Below are positions 37,745-46,616 of a stretch of 64,000 nucleotides of DNA, piece by piece. Positions within the stretch are counted from its first letter, which is position 1, and each line of letters begins with the position of its first letter. The position numbers and the translations under genes are program-made. The stretch covers positions 352,001-416,000 of the forward strand of contig CBDCKW010000009.1 of NCBI GenBank assembly GCA_965218435.1, given 5' to 3'. The stretch is from Truepera sp. GTDB taxonomy: Bacteria > Deinococcota > Deinococci > Deinococcales > Trueperaceae. The notes below the pieces were generated by a model. It worked only from the letters and a program-made list of their open reading frames with translations. It was not told the DNA's origin and made no database searches.

Positions 37745-38845
37745 TTAAACATCCGGCAGTTTCTCATAGACCTGCAGCGCCTGCGCAACAACTTGATCCA
37801 TGTTGTAATACTGATAATTTCCCAAACGTCCGACAAAGGTCACGTCACGGCGCGCCTCTGCTAACTTTTTATATTCGGCGTAGCGGGCGCGGTTTTCGGG
37901 GCGCGGAATCGGATAGTAAGGGTCGCCCTCCGCCTGCGGCTCCTCAAAGGTCAAGACGCTCTGCGCGTGCCGCTGCCCGGTCAGGTATTTGACCTCAGTT
38001 ACGCGGGTATAGGGCGTGTCGTTGGGCAAATTGACCGTGCCGACGGGTTGCACTTTCTCCTGGTCAAACGTTTCGTGATGAAAAGTGAGCGAACGGTAGG
38101 GGAGCGCCCCGAGTTGATGGTCAAAAAAGAGGTCAATGGGGCCGGTAAAGATCAGATGTTTATGTGGAATCATCTCTACGACGCTGCGGTAGTCGGTTTG
38201 CAGCAGCACGCTGACGTTGGGGTGCGCCAAAAGTTTTTCAAACAATCTGGTGTAGCCGTCTCTGGGCATCAGCTGATAGGTATCGGTAAAATAGCGGTCG
38301 TCGCGGTTTGTGCGGGTTGGGACCCTGGCTGTGACCGACGCGTCGAGTTCGCTGGGGTCCAGGTCCCACTGTTTGCGGGTGTACCCGCGAAAAAACTTTT
38401 CGTACAGCTCACGGCCGACTTTGGACACGACGACATCTTCGGAAGTGCGGATTTGAGCGACGGGTTCGGCGCGTTCGGCAAAAAATCGCTCGAGCTCAAA
38501 ACTGTTTAGACTGAGCCCGTAAAGCTGATTGACCGTATCCAAATTGATGGGAATCGGTACGAGCTGTCCGTCTACACTGGCCCGGACGCGGTGCTCGTAG
38601 GGCCGCCACGCCGTAAAACGTGACAGGTACTCAAAGACCTTTCGCGAGTTCGTATGAAAGATATGCGGGCCGTAGCGGTGGACTAAAATCCCGTTGTCGT
38701 CATAGTGATCGTAGGCGTTGCCACCGACGTGCGGGCGTTTATCCACAACTAGCACGCGGGCATTCCGGCCGTTTGCCAAACGCTCGGCGAGGACGCTACC
38801 CGCGAACCCGGCCCCAACAATAAGATAATCGAAACCATGAGTCAC
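37745..38845 (-). CDS. glf: UDP-galactopyranose mutase
   Basis: VGAGFAG, GGNAYD, YGPHIFHT, YTRKQW, PYRSL, PYYP, GRLG.Y.YYNMDQ. Confidence 0.96.
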   Translation of the reverse strand: MTHGFDYLIVGAGFAGSVLAERLANGRNARVLVVDKRPHVGGNAYDHYDDNGILVHRYGPHIFHTNSRKVFEYLSRFTAWRPYEHRVRASVDGQLVPIPINLDTVNQLYGLSLNSFELERFFAERAEPVAQIRTSEDVVVSKVGRELYEKFFRGYTRKQWDLDPSELDASVTARVPTRTNRDDRYFTDTYQLMPRDGYTRLFEKLLAHPNVSVLLQTDYRSVVEMIPHKHLIFTGPIDLFFDHQLGALPYRSLTFHHETFDQEKVQPVGTVNLPNDTPYTRVTEVKYLTGQRHAQSVLTFEEPQAEGDPYYPIPRPENRARYAEYKKLAEARRDVTFVGRLGNYQYYNMDQVVAQALQVYEKLPDV

Positions 38846-39036
38846 AGCGTCCGAGTATAACGTAGAGTGGGGTGGAAAAACGGTTCAAACACGCAGACAC
38901 TTCATAGTTTTTCAAATTCTGCGGAGGGCGTTCAGCTTGAGTAATGAGCGTAGTTCGCCGTAACGTGCAAGATGAAGTTACCGAATAGGAATTTTTCAGT
39001 AATTTTAAGTATTAAGTGCATTGGAGACCTATAGCT

Positions 39037-39867
39037 ATGTCAGAAGAACTTCACCCACAACATAAACGACTTGTAGAAACACTAAAAGCTGATAAATCTA
39101 TACAAAGCGAGGCTGTAGAACGGGCATTTCTAGCTGTCCCTCGTCATAAATTTTTGCCTCATCTCAGTCCAGAAGAAGCTTACGAGAATGAGAACATACC
39201 CACGAAACACAGTATCGAAGGTGAAGTTATCAGTTCAGCTTCCCATCCTGGTGTCGTAGCTGAAATTCTTGAGGAGCTCAAGTTGTCCTCAGGTCAAAAA
39301 GTCTTAGAAATCGGTGCAGGTACAGGCTTCAATGCTGCCCTCATTGCTCATCTTGTCGGGGATAAAGGAAGGGTCATTAGCCTGGACTTTGACGGTGATA
39401 TTGTCGAACAAGCTAAGGCAAACTTAGACAACGCTGGAGTAACTAACGTTGATGTTTACCGAGCGGACGGTCACTTCGGATTTGAAGCACTAGCACCTTA
39501 TGACTGTATCGTTATGTCAACGTCTTCCAATGATATCTATCCCAGCTGGTTTGGTCAGCTTAAGGAAGGCGGTTTACTTGGACTTGCTGTACGCTTTCGC
39601 GCTGAGACGGCTACTTTTGTTGTTTTTGTGAAAAAATCTGACCACTTTGCGAGCTACTCGGGCGCTCAAGCTAACTTTATGCCTATGCGTGGCGCTACAG
39701 CCGATTTCATTTCAGGTGAGGGTGAAGCTCTTCTGCGCGAACGAATTGAGTCTGGTAAGGCATTTAACAGAATTCTAGTGTATCCGAGCGGAACCCACTT
39801 ACCTCAGAATGATAGGCAAATTGCTCTGAGACGAAAATATGCTACTTTTTTATTTCAGTGGGACTAA
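39037..39867 (+). CDS. Protein-L-isoaspartate O-methyltransferase-like SAM methyltransferase
   Basis: VPRHKF, ISSASHP, VLEIGAGTGFNAA, APYD, QLKEGG; visibly more AT-rich than flanks. Confidence 0.85.
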   Translation: MSEELHPQHKRLVETLKADKSIQSEAVERAFLAVPRHKFLPHLSPEEAYENENIPTKHSIEGEVISSASHPGVVAEILEELKLSSGQKVLEIGAGTGFNAALIAHLVGDKGRVISLDFDGDIVEQAKANLDNAGVTNVDVYRADGHFGFEALAPYDCIVMSTSSNDIYPSWFGQLKEGGLLGLAVRFRAETATFVVFVKKSDHFASYSGAQANFMPMRGATADFISGEGEALLRERIESGKAFNRILVYPSGTHLPQNDRQIALRRKYATFLFQWD

Positions 39868-39988
39868 GTAGCTCTATACGAAAACGGTTAAAAAGCTTTG
39901 AGAAAGCTAGGTCGTGCAACTTCAGCAAGGTAGCGGCCAAAGTTCCGTGCCACCATCCCGAACCGGTAAGTAGCGAGTACAATCCGGT

Positions 39989-40243
39989 ATGACTGAACGA
40001 ATTGTACTCGAGCTACCCTCGGAAAGTCTGCTCAGCTTGAAGCTCAGGCCGAGTGAAATGGGGCAGGAACTGCGTTTAGCTGCAGCCATGAAACTCTATG
40101 AGTTGGGCAAACTCTCGTCAGGCGCGGCAGCTAACTTGGCCGGTATCCCTAAACCTCTATTTTTGACGAAGTTAGCGGACTACGGGATAGACAGCTTTGA
40201 CCTGACAGATGAAGCATTCGGTCTCGAAGCGCGTCTTGCCTAA
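39989..40243 (+). CDS. UPF0175 family protein (putative antitoxin)
   Basis: ELRLAAAMKLYE.GKLSSGAAA.LAG...F; overlaps the downstream PIN gene. Confidence 0.85.
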   Translation: MTERIVLELPSESLLSLKLRPSEMGQELRLAAAMKLYELGKLSSGAAANLAGIPKPLFLTKLADYGIDSFDLTDEAFGLEARLA

Positions 40244-40727
40244 GCTGATTTGTAACACCTCGCTTTTGCAATATCTCCACCAGTTAGAGCTTTTGTCTAT
40301 CTTGCCCGCGCTAGCTGAGGACATCGTTGTCCCTGAAGCGGTCGTTGCAGAGTTGGAAGCCGGACGCAGCGCAGGGGTAAATGTCCCGAAAGTTGAGGAA
40401 CTCGGCTGGCTAACTGTTCAGTTGCCAAAAAGCTTGTCAGTTCTGCCCCTAGTCACAGATTTGGGGAGAGGTGAAACGGAGGTTTTGGCGTTGGCACTCG
40501 AGCGACCGGGGTACATAACTGTTTTAGATGACAAGCTGGCGCGAAGTTTCGCCCAGACGCTAGCGGTGCCTTTTACCGGAACACTCGGTCTGCTCCTCGA
40601 CGCCAAACGAAAGCACCTCCTTGAGGCTGTCTCGCCGGTGCTTGATACACTGAGGGCGTTGGGTTTTCGGCTCAGCCCGAGTACAGTGAAGCTGATCCTC
40701 CGGTTAGCTGATGAGTCCAGCGTTTGA
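40236..40727 (+). CDS. DUF3368 PIN-like protein (putative toxin)
   Basis: ICNTS, VP.AV..EL, LG.GE.E..ALA, LDD..AR, GTLGLL..AK, GFRLS; TTG start at 40236. Confidence 0.85.
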   Translation: MPKLICNTSLLQYLHQLELLSILPALAEDIVVPEAVVAELEAGRSAGVNVPKVEELGWLTVQLPKSLSVLPLVTDLGRGETEVLALALERPGYITVLDDKLARSFAQTLAVPFTGTLGLLLDAKRKHLLEAVSPVLDTLRALGFRLSPSTVKLILRLADESSV

Positions 40728-40765
40728 AGGTTTAGAGGTCGGCTCGAGAGTTTTGCGTCTTGGCC

Positions 40766-41920
40766 CTACCCCAATCCTCGCAACCTTACAGGCGTTTCGG
40801 GAAATCCGTATGTAACAACTTCAGCGAGATAACGGCTGAAGTCTCGCATCATCGTACTGAGCTGAAGCTCTTGGCTAAGCTCAGCAACACGCTCTTGGGC
40901 TTCAGGCGCAGCAAGCTCAGTTAATGTTTTGGCCAACTGCGCCGGTTTGGGAACATACGCTCCCAACGATTTTTGCTCTAAAAACCGCACCAGCTTGGCT
41001 TCGTTGAGACCGGCGTAGCTCGAGACCAGCACCCCCCGACCGACCGCGAGCGCCTCTAAAACCGACGCCGGACCAGCTTTGCCGACCACCACGTCACACG
41101 CTGCCAGATAGTCGGCCATGTGCTCGGTAAACCCAACCACGTGGACGCGCTCGAGGGTTTCTAACCGCGCTTTTAACGCCTGATTACGCCCGGTCATCAC
41201 GATAATTTGAGGCTTTAGAGGATGGTTTAACAGGGTTTCAATCACCTTGTCGGTGCTCCGGCCTACCCCTTCACCGCCCAACGAGACGAGGCAGGTCAGG
41301 TGTTCGGCGAGGGCGAGCTTGGCCCTGGCCGCGCTCTTAGACGGCGCGTGTAAAAAGGCGTTTTGTATGGGATAGCCGATCAGGTCTATTTTGTCTGCCG
41401 GGACGCCGAAGTGCCCCAAGTCACGCAGCGCCCCTTTCGAGGGTACCGCAAACCGCTCCGCGTCCGGCTCGGCCCAGAGTGCGCTGGCGTCTAGAGGTTC
41501 GGTAGCAAAGGTCAAGATGGGGACGCGCAGTCCGTAGCGCCGCTGCGCCCTGGTCAGCGCGACGCTGACCCAGCCGTGATTGGCGACGACTAAAGCAGGG
41601 CTTAAGTCTTTTAGATGAGCCGCTGCACGCCTCGCAAACTCATCTAAAAAGAGCCGGTGATAGCGGTTGGTGAGCCTGGGAAAGGTGTCGAGGACCCGCT
41701 GCCCGTAGCGGGCACTCCACGGGTGCGCGAGCATCCACGCCCAGCTCTTTTTGTGCTGCGCATCTTGTTCGGTTAGTCCCAGTTCCAACATATAGTCTGA
41801 AATCGTCGTTTGGAACGTGCCGGGATAATAGGTTTCTAAACCCTCAGCCATCGCCCTAGCCGTCGCAACGTGACCGCCGCCGGCGGCAATCGTGGCAAAA
41901 AAGATATGCGGTTTAGTCAC
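40766..41920 (-). CDS. GT28 / MGDG-synthase-like glycosyltransferase (candidate ceramide or diacylglycerol glycosyltransferase)
   Basis: GGGHxxxAxA, G.PI...F, GGEG, GFT.HM..YLAACDVVVGKAG..SV.EA; overlaps the SDR stop. Confidence 0.88.
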   Translation of the reverse strand: MTKPHIFFATIAAGGGHVATARAMAEGLETYYPGTFQTTISDYMLELGLTEQDAQHKKSWAWMLAHPWSARYGQRVLDTFPRLTNRYHRLFLDEFARRAAAHLKDLSPALVVANHGWVSVALTRAQRRYGLRVPILTFATEPLDASALWAEPDAERFAVPSKGALRDLGHFGVPADKIDLIGYPIQNAFLHAPSKSAARAKLALAEHLTCLVSLGGEGVGRSTDKVIETLLNHPLKPQIIVMTGRNQALKARLETLERVHVVGFTEHMADYLAACDVVVGKAGPASVLEALAVGRGVLVSSYAGLNEAKLVRFLEQKSLGAYVPKPAQLAKTLTELAAPEAQERVAELSQELQLSTMMRDFSRYLAEVVTYGFPETPVRLRGLG

Positions 41921-42896
41921 GCGTGTTTAGCGCAGTGACCGTCCGCGCCAAGCCTTCTTGCCAACTGACCTCAGGGCAATACCCGAGTTCGTGGGCTGCG
42001 GCGGCAGTTGAAAAATGCACGTCGCGGCGCATCAGTGCGCCCCGGTAACGGGTCAGCGGGGGTTCCCGCGAGCCTGCCAGTGCGTACGTCCGCTCGAGCG
42101 CCTCGCCCAAAGGTTCGGTCAGTGACCCCGGCAAGCTGAGACGCGGCGCAGGGGCGTGCAACAGGGCGGCAAGCTCAGAAAACACAGCTTTCCAAGTCGG
42201 CGCACCCGCATCTGCCAGGACATACGTTCGGCCTGCAGCCTGCGGCACCGTCCCGGCCAACCACAACCCGGCAACTAAGTTTTCACTGTACGCGGTGTTG
42301 AGAACGGCTTTGCCGCCGCCCACCAGCGGAAATGTCCCCTGTTTAAGTGCCTGGGCGACGCGCACGAAGTTGGGGTCGCGGGGGCCGAAGGGCCACAGTC
42401 CAGGGCGGACGATGACAGTCTCGAGCCCCGCCCTCTTTAAGACATCTTCAGCTGCAACTTTCGAGTGCGCATAGGCGTTGATCATCCCGTCCCTGGGTTG
42501 TACACGTGGGTCGGCGTCCCGAAAGCCGCTGTAGCGGTGAACGGCGACGCTCGAGACCAACACCAACCTTTTGACGCCGGCGCGTTCCGCCTCGCGTAAA
42601 AGGTTTTCGGTTCCCTTTACATTAGCCTGCCAGAACGCTTTTTCAGGGCCGTAATCGGCGACTCTGGCGGCTGCATGATAGACCAGCTCGACGCCGTCAC
42701 AAACGCCTACCAAACTCTCCGGTTGGGTGATGTCGGCGCGGACGAGCTCGAGCCTGGGCCTACCCAATACACCTGCTAGATTATCCAACTGCCCCCAAGG
42801 GCTGACCAGCGCCCGTACCGACGCGCCCTCAGCGAGCACCTTGTCAACCAAGTGACTGCCGATAAACCCGTGTGCGCCGGTGACGAGGACTTTCAC
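41913..42896 (-). CDS. Extended SDR NAD(P)-dependent reductase (candidate oxidized-ceramide or 3-ketosphinganine reductase)
   Basis: TGAHGFIG, HAAA, NV.GT, VSS, YAHSK (YxxxK), RP...FGP. Confidence 0.88.
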   Translation of the reverse strand: MKVLVTGAHGFIGSHLVDKVLAEGASVRALVSPWGQLDNLAGVLGRPRLELVRADITQPESLVGVCDGVELVYHAAARVADYGPEKAFWQANVKGTENLLREAERAGVKRLVLVSSVAVHRYSGFRDADPRVQPRDGMINAYAHSKVAAEDVLKRAGLETVIVRPGLWPFGPRDPNFVRVAQALKQGTFPLVGGGKAVLNTAYSENLVAGLWLAGTVPQAAGRTYVLADAGAPTWKAVFSELAALLHAPAPRLSLPGSLTEPLGEALERTYALAGSREPPLTRYRGALMRRDVHFSTAAAAHELGYCPEVSWQEGLARTVTALNTRD

Positions 42897-42951
42897 ACGG
42901 TTCCCTTCATGCTGCTATCTTCACCCGGTTACCCAAATCACCACCAACCGA

Positions 42952-43629
42952 TTACCACAGCAGCCCTTGACGCCCCAAAACTGCTGCGTCCGTGACCAAG
43001 CCGATCGTGAGATGCAGCAACACGGGCCAAACTAGTGACCGTGTACGCAGCGCCAAAACTGCAAATAAAAATCCGGCGGGAAACGCCGCCAGCGTTTCGG
43101 TCAGGGGTTTGCCGACGTGAATCAGCGTTGACAGCAACACTTGTGTCCACACCGCCGCAGAAAGGCCCCACGAATCTTTAAGCGTAAAGAGTAAAAAACC
43201 TCGGTAAAAAAACTCGAACGAGATGTAGTAGAGCGCGTACAGTCCGGCCCACGCTGCAAAGTGCCAAGGCGAGAGTCCCGGCCACGACCCGGCCCACGGA
43301 TACGTCCCCTGTAACCCCGTATCACCGCTACCCAGATAGATAACGCCTGCCAGGATGAGACCGAGCCCGACGGTAAGTGGGAGGCCGAGCTGCCAGCGTC
43401 CCCAGCTTGTCGGGATACGCGCCAAGTCGCCACGCCAGAAGAGCAGAGCTGCCGGGATGATGAGTAGAAAGAGCAGCGCCCAACCGATATTGGTAACGGC
43501 TGCCGGTAACGTTCTAGGTGCGCCTCCCAGCGTCGGCCCCGGGCTGCCGAGATACCAGTAGCCGATCTGTACGAGCACGGCGGCGCTCAGATAGAGCTCG
43601 AGCCTTCTACGTTCGAGAAAAGCCGACAC
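42952..43629 (-). CDS. CPBP (Abi/CAAX protease-like) intramembrane protein
   Basis: FEFFYRG, LIHVGKP, LLH motifs; multi-TM; GTG start at 43629, 4 nt after the upstream stop. Confidence 0.85.
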   Translation of the reverse strand: MSAFLERRRLELYLSAAVLVQIGYWYLGSPGPTLGGAPRTLPAAVTNIGWALLFLLIIPAALLFWRGDLARIPTSWGRWQLGLPLTVGLGLILAGVIYLGSGDTGLQGTYPWAGSWPGLSPWHFAAWAGLYALYYISFEFFYRGFLLFTLKDSWGLSAAVWTQVLLSTLIHVGKPLTETLAAFPAGFLFAVLALRTRSLVWPVLLHLTIGLVTDAAVLGRQGLLW

Positions 43630-43633
43630 CGTA

Positions 43634-44770
43634 TTACAGCGACTTTTGAAACAAACGGTAGGTTTTGTAAAGCGTCGCGCCCGTCGCGGCAATCCCCTTA
43701 TTGATGCCGTCGTTGTCTTCTAAAATCCACGAGCACTCGCCGCGCAGATAGCCTTTGGCCTTGGTACGCTGGATCACCTCATCGATTAAGACGAGCTCGA
43801 GCCCCTTGTTGCGGTGCTCCGGGACCACGCCTAAGATCGGCAGCCGCGCCTGCTTGATCAGACGTTTGCGGTTTAGGTAGTGGATAAAGCCAAAGGGTAG
43901 CAGCCGCCCGTTCATCTTCTTAAAAACCTGATTGGCGTCGGGCAGCGTCAAGGCTAAACCGGCCACCTGACCGCCCAGCTCCAAAAAAAAGACGATTTCA
44001 GGGTCAATAATCAGCTTGAGCTCAGCGGCGAGGTGGTCAAATTCGGCTTCGGTATAGCGGACAAAACCCCAGTTGTGTTCCCAGACCTCATTATAAAAAT
44101 GTTTGAGCACGCCGAGTTCGGCCTCAAAGTTGTTTTTAAGGTCAGGTGTGCGAATACGCAGCGGGTAACGTTTTCTAGCCCGTTCCGCGAGGCGGTGCAG
44201 CCGCGAAAAGTCGCTCTCGTAGTGGTCAAACAACCACGCATAGAGGTCCTTGACTTTGATGTAGCCGGCAGCTTCGGCGTAGTGCGGGTAGGCGGGTAAG
44301 CTCGCAGGCATCATCACATACGGATCGGTGTCGAACGCGTTTAGCTGAAAGCCCGAGCCGTCGTTCATCGACGGGTTGACGGGGCCGCGAACGGCGCTTC
44401 GGCCCCTCGCTTTAGCCCAGGTTTCGACCGTCTCGAACAGTGCTTGGGCGGCCGCTTCGTCTTCGGCTTCAAAAAAACCAAAAAAGGCCAGATTGTCGTG
44501 ATGCGTGGCGTTGTGGTTGTGGTCGTCAACCGCGGCCACACGCCCGACCACCCGTCCCGAACGCTCCGCCAAAAAGAGCTCGACGACCGCGTGCTGATAA
44601 AAAGGATTTTTCTTCGGGTCAAACCGCTCGTGCTCTGACATACGCAGGGGCGGCACCCAGTGCGGGTCGTTCTTATAGAGCTCGTAGGGGTAGCCGATAA
44701 ATCTGTCCAGCTCACGTTTTCCCGACACCTGCCGAATCTGCACGGCGGGCGTTGTCAAGGTGCTCGTCAC
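43634..44770 (-). CDS. Bacterial ceramide synthase-type double-GNAT acyltransferase (bCerS/YghO-like)
   Basis: LY.NDP.WVPPL, KNPF..H, GRVAA, FGFFE, RGP.NPS.N, GY.K..DL, W..NWGFV, LGV.P..R.KG, SWILEDN, K.YR. Confidence 0.82.
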   Translation of the reverse strand: MTSTLTTPAVQIRQVSGKRELDRFIGYPYELYKNDPHWVPPLRMSEHERFDPKKNPFYQHAVVELFLAERSGRVVGRVAAVDDHNHNATHHDNLAFFGFFEAEDEAAAQALFETVETWAKARGRSAVRGPVNPSMNDGSGFQLNAFDTDPYVMMPASLPAYPHYAEAAGYIKVKDLYAWLFDHYESDFSRLHRLAERARKRYPLRIRTPDLKNNFEAELGVLKHFYNEVWEHNWGFVRYTEAEFDHLAAELKLIIDPEIVFFLELGGQVAGLALTLPDANQVFKKMNGRLLPFGFIHYLNRKRLIKQARLPILGVVPEHRNKGLELVLIDEVIQRTKAKGYLRGECSWILEDNDGINKGIAATGATLYKTYRLFQKSL

Positions 44771-44773
44771 GTT

Positions 44774-46072
44774 TTAGATAACCCCGAGCGAACGCCCAAT
44801 ACGGCCGAACGAGCTGAGCAGCCGGTCTAACTGCTCCGGCGTATGGTTCGCGTTGACGCTGGTGCGAATGATGCTCTGACCGACCGGCACACCCGGGGGC
44901 AAGGCCGGGGTGGTGAACACGCCGTCGTCCCACAGCCCTTTCCAAAAGGCCATCGCCAGGTCGTCGTCCCCGACTAACACCGGAACAATCGGCGTTTGGG
45001 AACCCAACGTGTCGAAGCCGAGCGCGTCCATCCCGTTTCGTAAGTGGGCGACGTTACGCCACAGTTTTTCGCGGTGCCCTGGTTCGGCGTCCATAATTTC
45101 CAACGCTTCTAACGCGGCGGCCATCTGCATGGCCGGGAGCGCCGCCGTAAAGATAAAGGGGCGCGCTTTATGCTTGATGTAATTGACCACTTCGCGTGGC
45201 CCACTGACAAACCCGCCGACCGAGGCGAACGATTTAGAAAAGGTGCCTAAAATCAGGTCAACCTCGCCCTCTAACCCGTAGTGCTCGGCGGTGCCGCGCC
45301 CGCTTCTACCCAACACGCCGGTCGCGTGCGCGTCGTCTACGACGACCCGCGCCCCGTAACGCTTGGCCAAGGTGACGATTTCCGGCAGCTTGGCGATATG
45401 CCCGGTCATCGAAAAAACGCCGTCGGTCACAATCATGCGGCCACCGGGCTTATCGGCGTCGCGTTGCAGCAAGGTCTCGAGTTCAGCTAAATTATGGTGT
45501 TCATATTTGCGCAGCGTCCCGTAAGAGAGCCGCGCCCCGTCGTATAAACAGGCGTGGTTTTCACGGTCGAAGTAAAAAATATCGTGGCGTCCGGCAATCG
45601 CACTTAACACAGCCAGCGACCCTAAAAATCCGGCGCTAAAGGTCAGCGCGGACTCGGCGCGTAAAAATTCAGCTAAGCGGCGCTCGAGGGCCTCGTGCAG
45701 AGTCAGCGTCCCGGTCAAAAAGCGCGACCCGGTACACGACGTGCCGAAATTGTCTAACGCCCGCCGCGACGCCGTTTTAAGACGCGTATCTTGCGTTAAG
45801 CCCAAATAATCGTTTGAACCCGTGATAATCATCTCGCGCCCGTCTACGACCACCGTACCGCCGCGCTGCTCGGCAATCGGCTTGAAGTAGGGGTGCATCC
45901 CGGCGGCCACGGCTTCGTCGGCGCGGGTAAAGCTGTAGGCTTTGCTAAAAATATCACCCGGCCGCGTCGCAAGGTGAGCCGTATCAGGTTTGGGCGGCCC
46001 GGCCTGAGGGGGCGCTTCTGAAACTTCCGGGCTGATCGTCTTAGTAACGGTATCAACTGCTGTGTCTGACAA
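44774..46072 (-). CDS. spt: Serine palmitoyltransferase (PLP-dependent alpha-oxoamine synthase)
   Basis: PYFKPI N-terminus, GSNDYLGL, GTSCTGSRFL.GT, H..LYDG, DGVFSM, D.AH, GTFSKS (PLP Lys), ARPFIFTA. GGAGG 6 nt before TTG 46072. Confidence 0.8.
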   Translation of the reverse strand: MSDTAVDTVTKTISPEVSEAPPQAGPPKPDTAHLATRPGDIFSKAYSFTRADEAVAAGMHPYFKPIAEQRGGTVVVDGREMIITGSNDYLGLTQDTRLKTASRRALDNFGTSCTGSRFLTGTLTLHEALERRLAEFLRAESALTFSAGFLGSLAVLSAIAGRHDIFYFDRENHACLYDGARLSYGTLRKYEHHNLAELETLLQRDADKPGGRMIVTDGVFSMTGHIAKLPEIVTLAKRYGARVVVDDAHATGVLGRSGRGTAEHYGLEGEVDLILGTFSKSFASVGGFVSGPREVVNYIKHKARPFIFTAALPAMQMAAALEALEIMDAEPGHREKLWRNVAHLRNGMDALGFDTLGSQTPIVPVLVGDDDLAMAFWKGLWDDGVFTTPALPPGVPVGQSIIRTSVNANHTPEQLDRLLSSFGRIGRSLGVI

Positions 46073-46119
46073 AAGATTCCTCCAGAGCGTCGGTGCCAAG
46101 AAACTGCAAGAGAACCCGT

Positions 46120-46175
46120 GCTCGAGACTTTGCGCTCGGGGGTTTGCCCTCGAGACTTTGCGGTCAAGACTGCCA
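46120..46175. repeat. 14-bp tandem repeat (4 degenerate copies) upstream of spt
   Basis: GCTCGAGACTTTGC / GCTCGGGGGTTTGC / CCTCGAGACTTTGC / GGTCAAGACTGCCA. Confidence 0.7.
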
Positions 46176-46616
46176 GCTGTCAAGACTCTTAAAGTCCGGT
46201 CGCGGCGCTCTCAGTAGCGTCTATCTCTGCACCTCAGCCGGTATGTACTTGCTACTTTTATGTTGCTACCGCAGGCGAGGCGTTAAAACTGGCGGTCGGG
46301 CGAGGAGCCTGTGCCAGCCGTGTAACTTGCACATCGTACCCTAAAGCCCTACCAAACGCCAAGGTAGCTGCTTACATGGTGACGAGCGGGCGCAGCGTCA
46401 CTAATTCCTGACGCTCAACTGACTGAAACCCGCACCGCGCCGGACCAGGCCGAACTGTGCGCTGGCGTACAAGCAAGCTGCAAAAAGTAGCGGGGTGCAG
46501 TGCTAAACTGAGCTCGTGAACGGTTTTTTGCGCTTTGAACAGCTATGCAATTTTGCAGATATTTCATGCAGGTTTATTTTGCCCAGGTTTTCAGCTAACC
46601 TCATTTTGCCTACGCT

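Noticed and set aside
44774..46183. Annotation as BioF/Kbl, and the longer 469-aa start
   Set aside because: The TFSKS motif and bCerS/SDR/GT neighbours favour SPT, and no bio or tdh genes are adjacent. The extension runs through a 14-bp repeat, and a GGAGG precedes TTG 46072.
46200..46616. Purine/ZTP riboswitch upstream of purQ
   Set aside because: I could not find the conserved aptamer motifs by eye; an Rfam scan would be needed.
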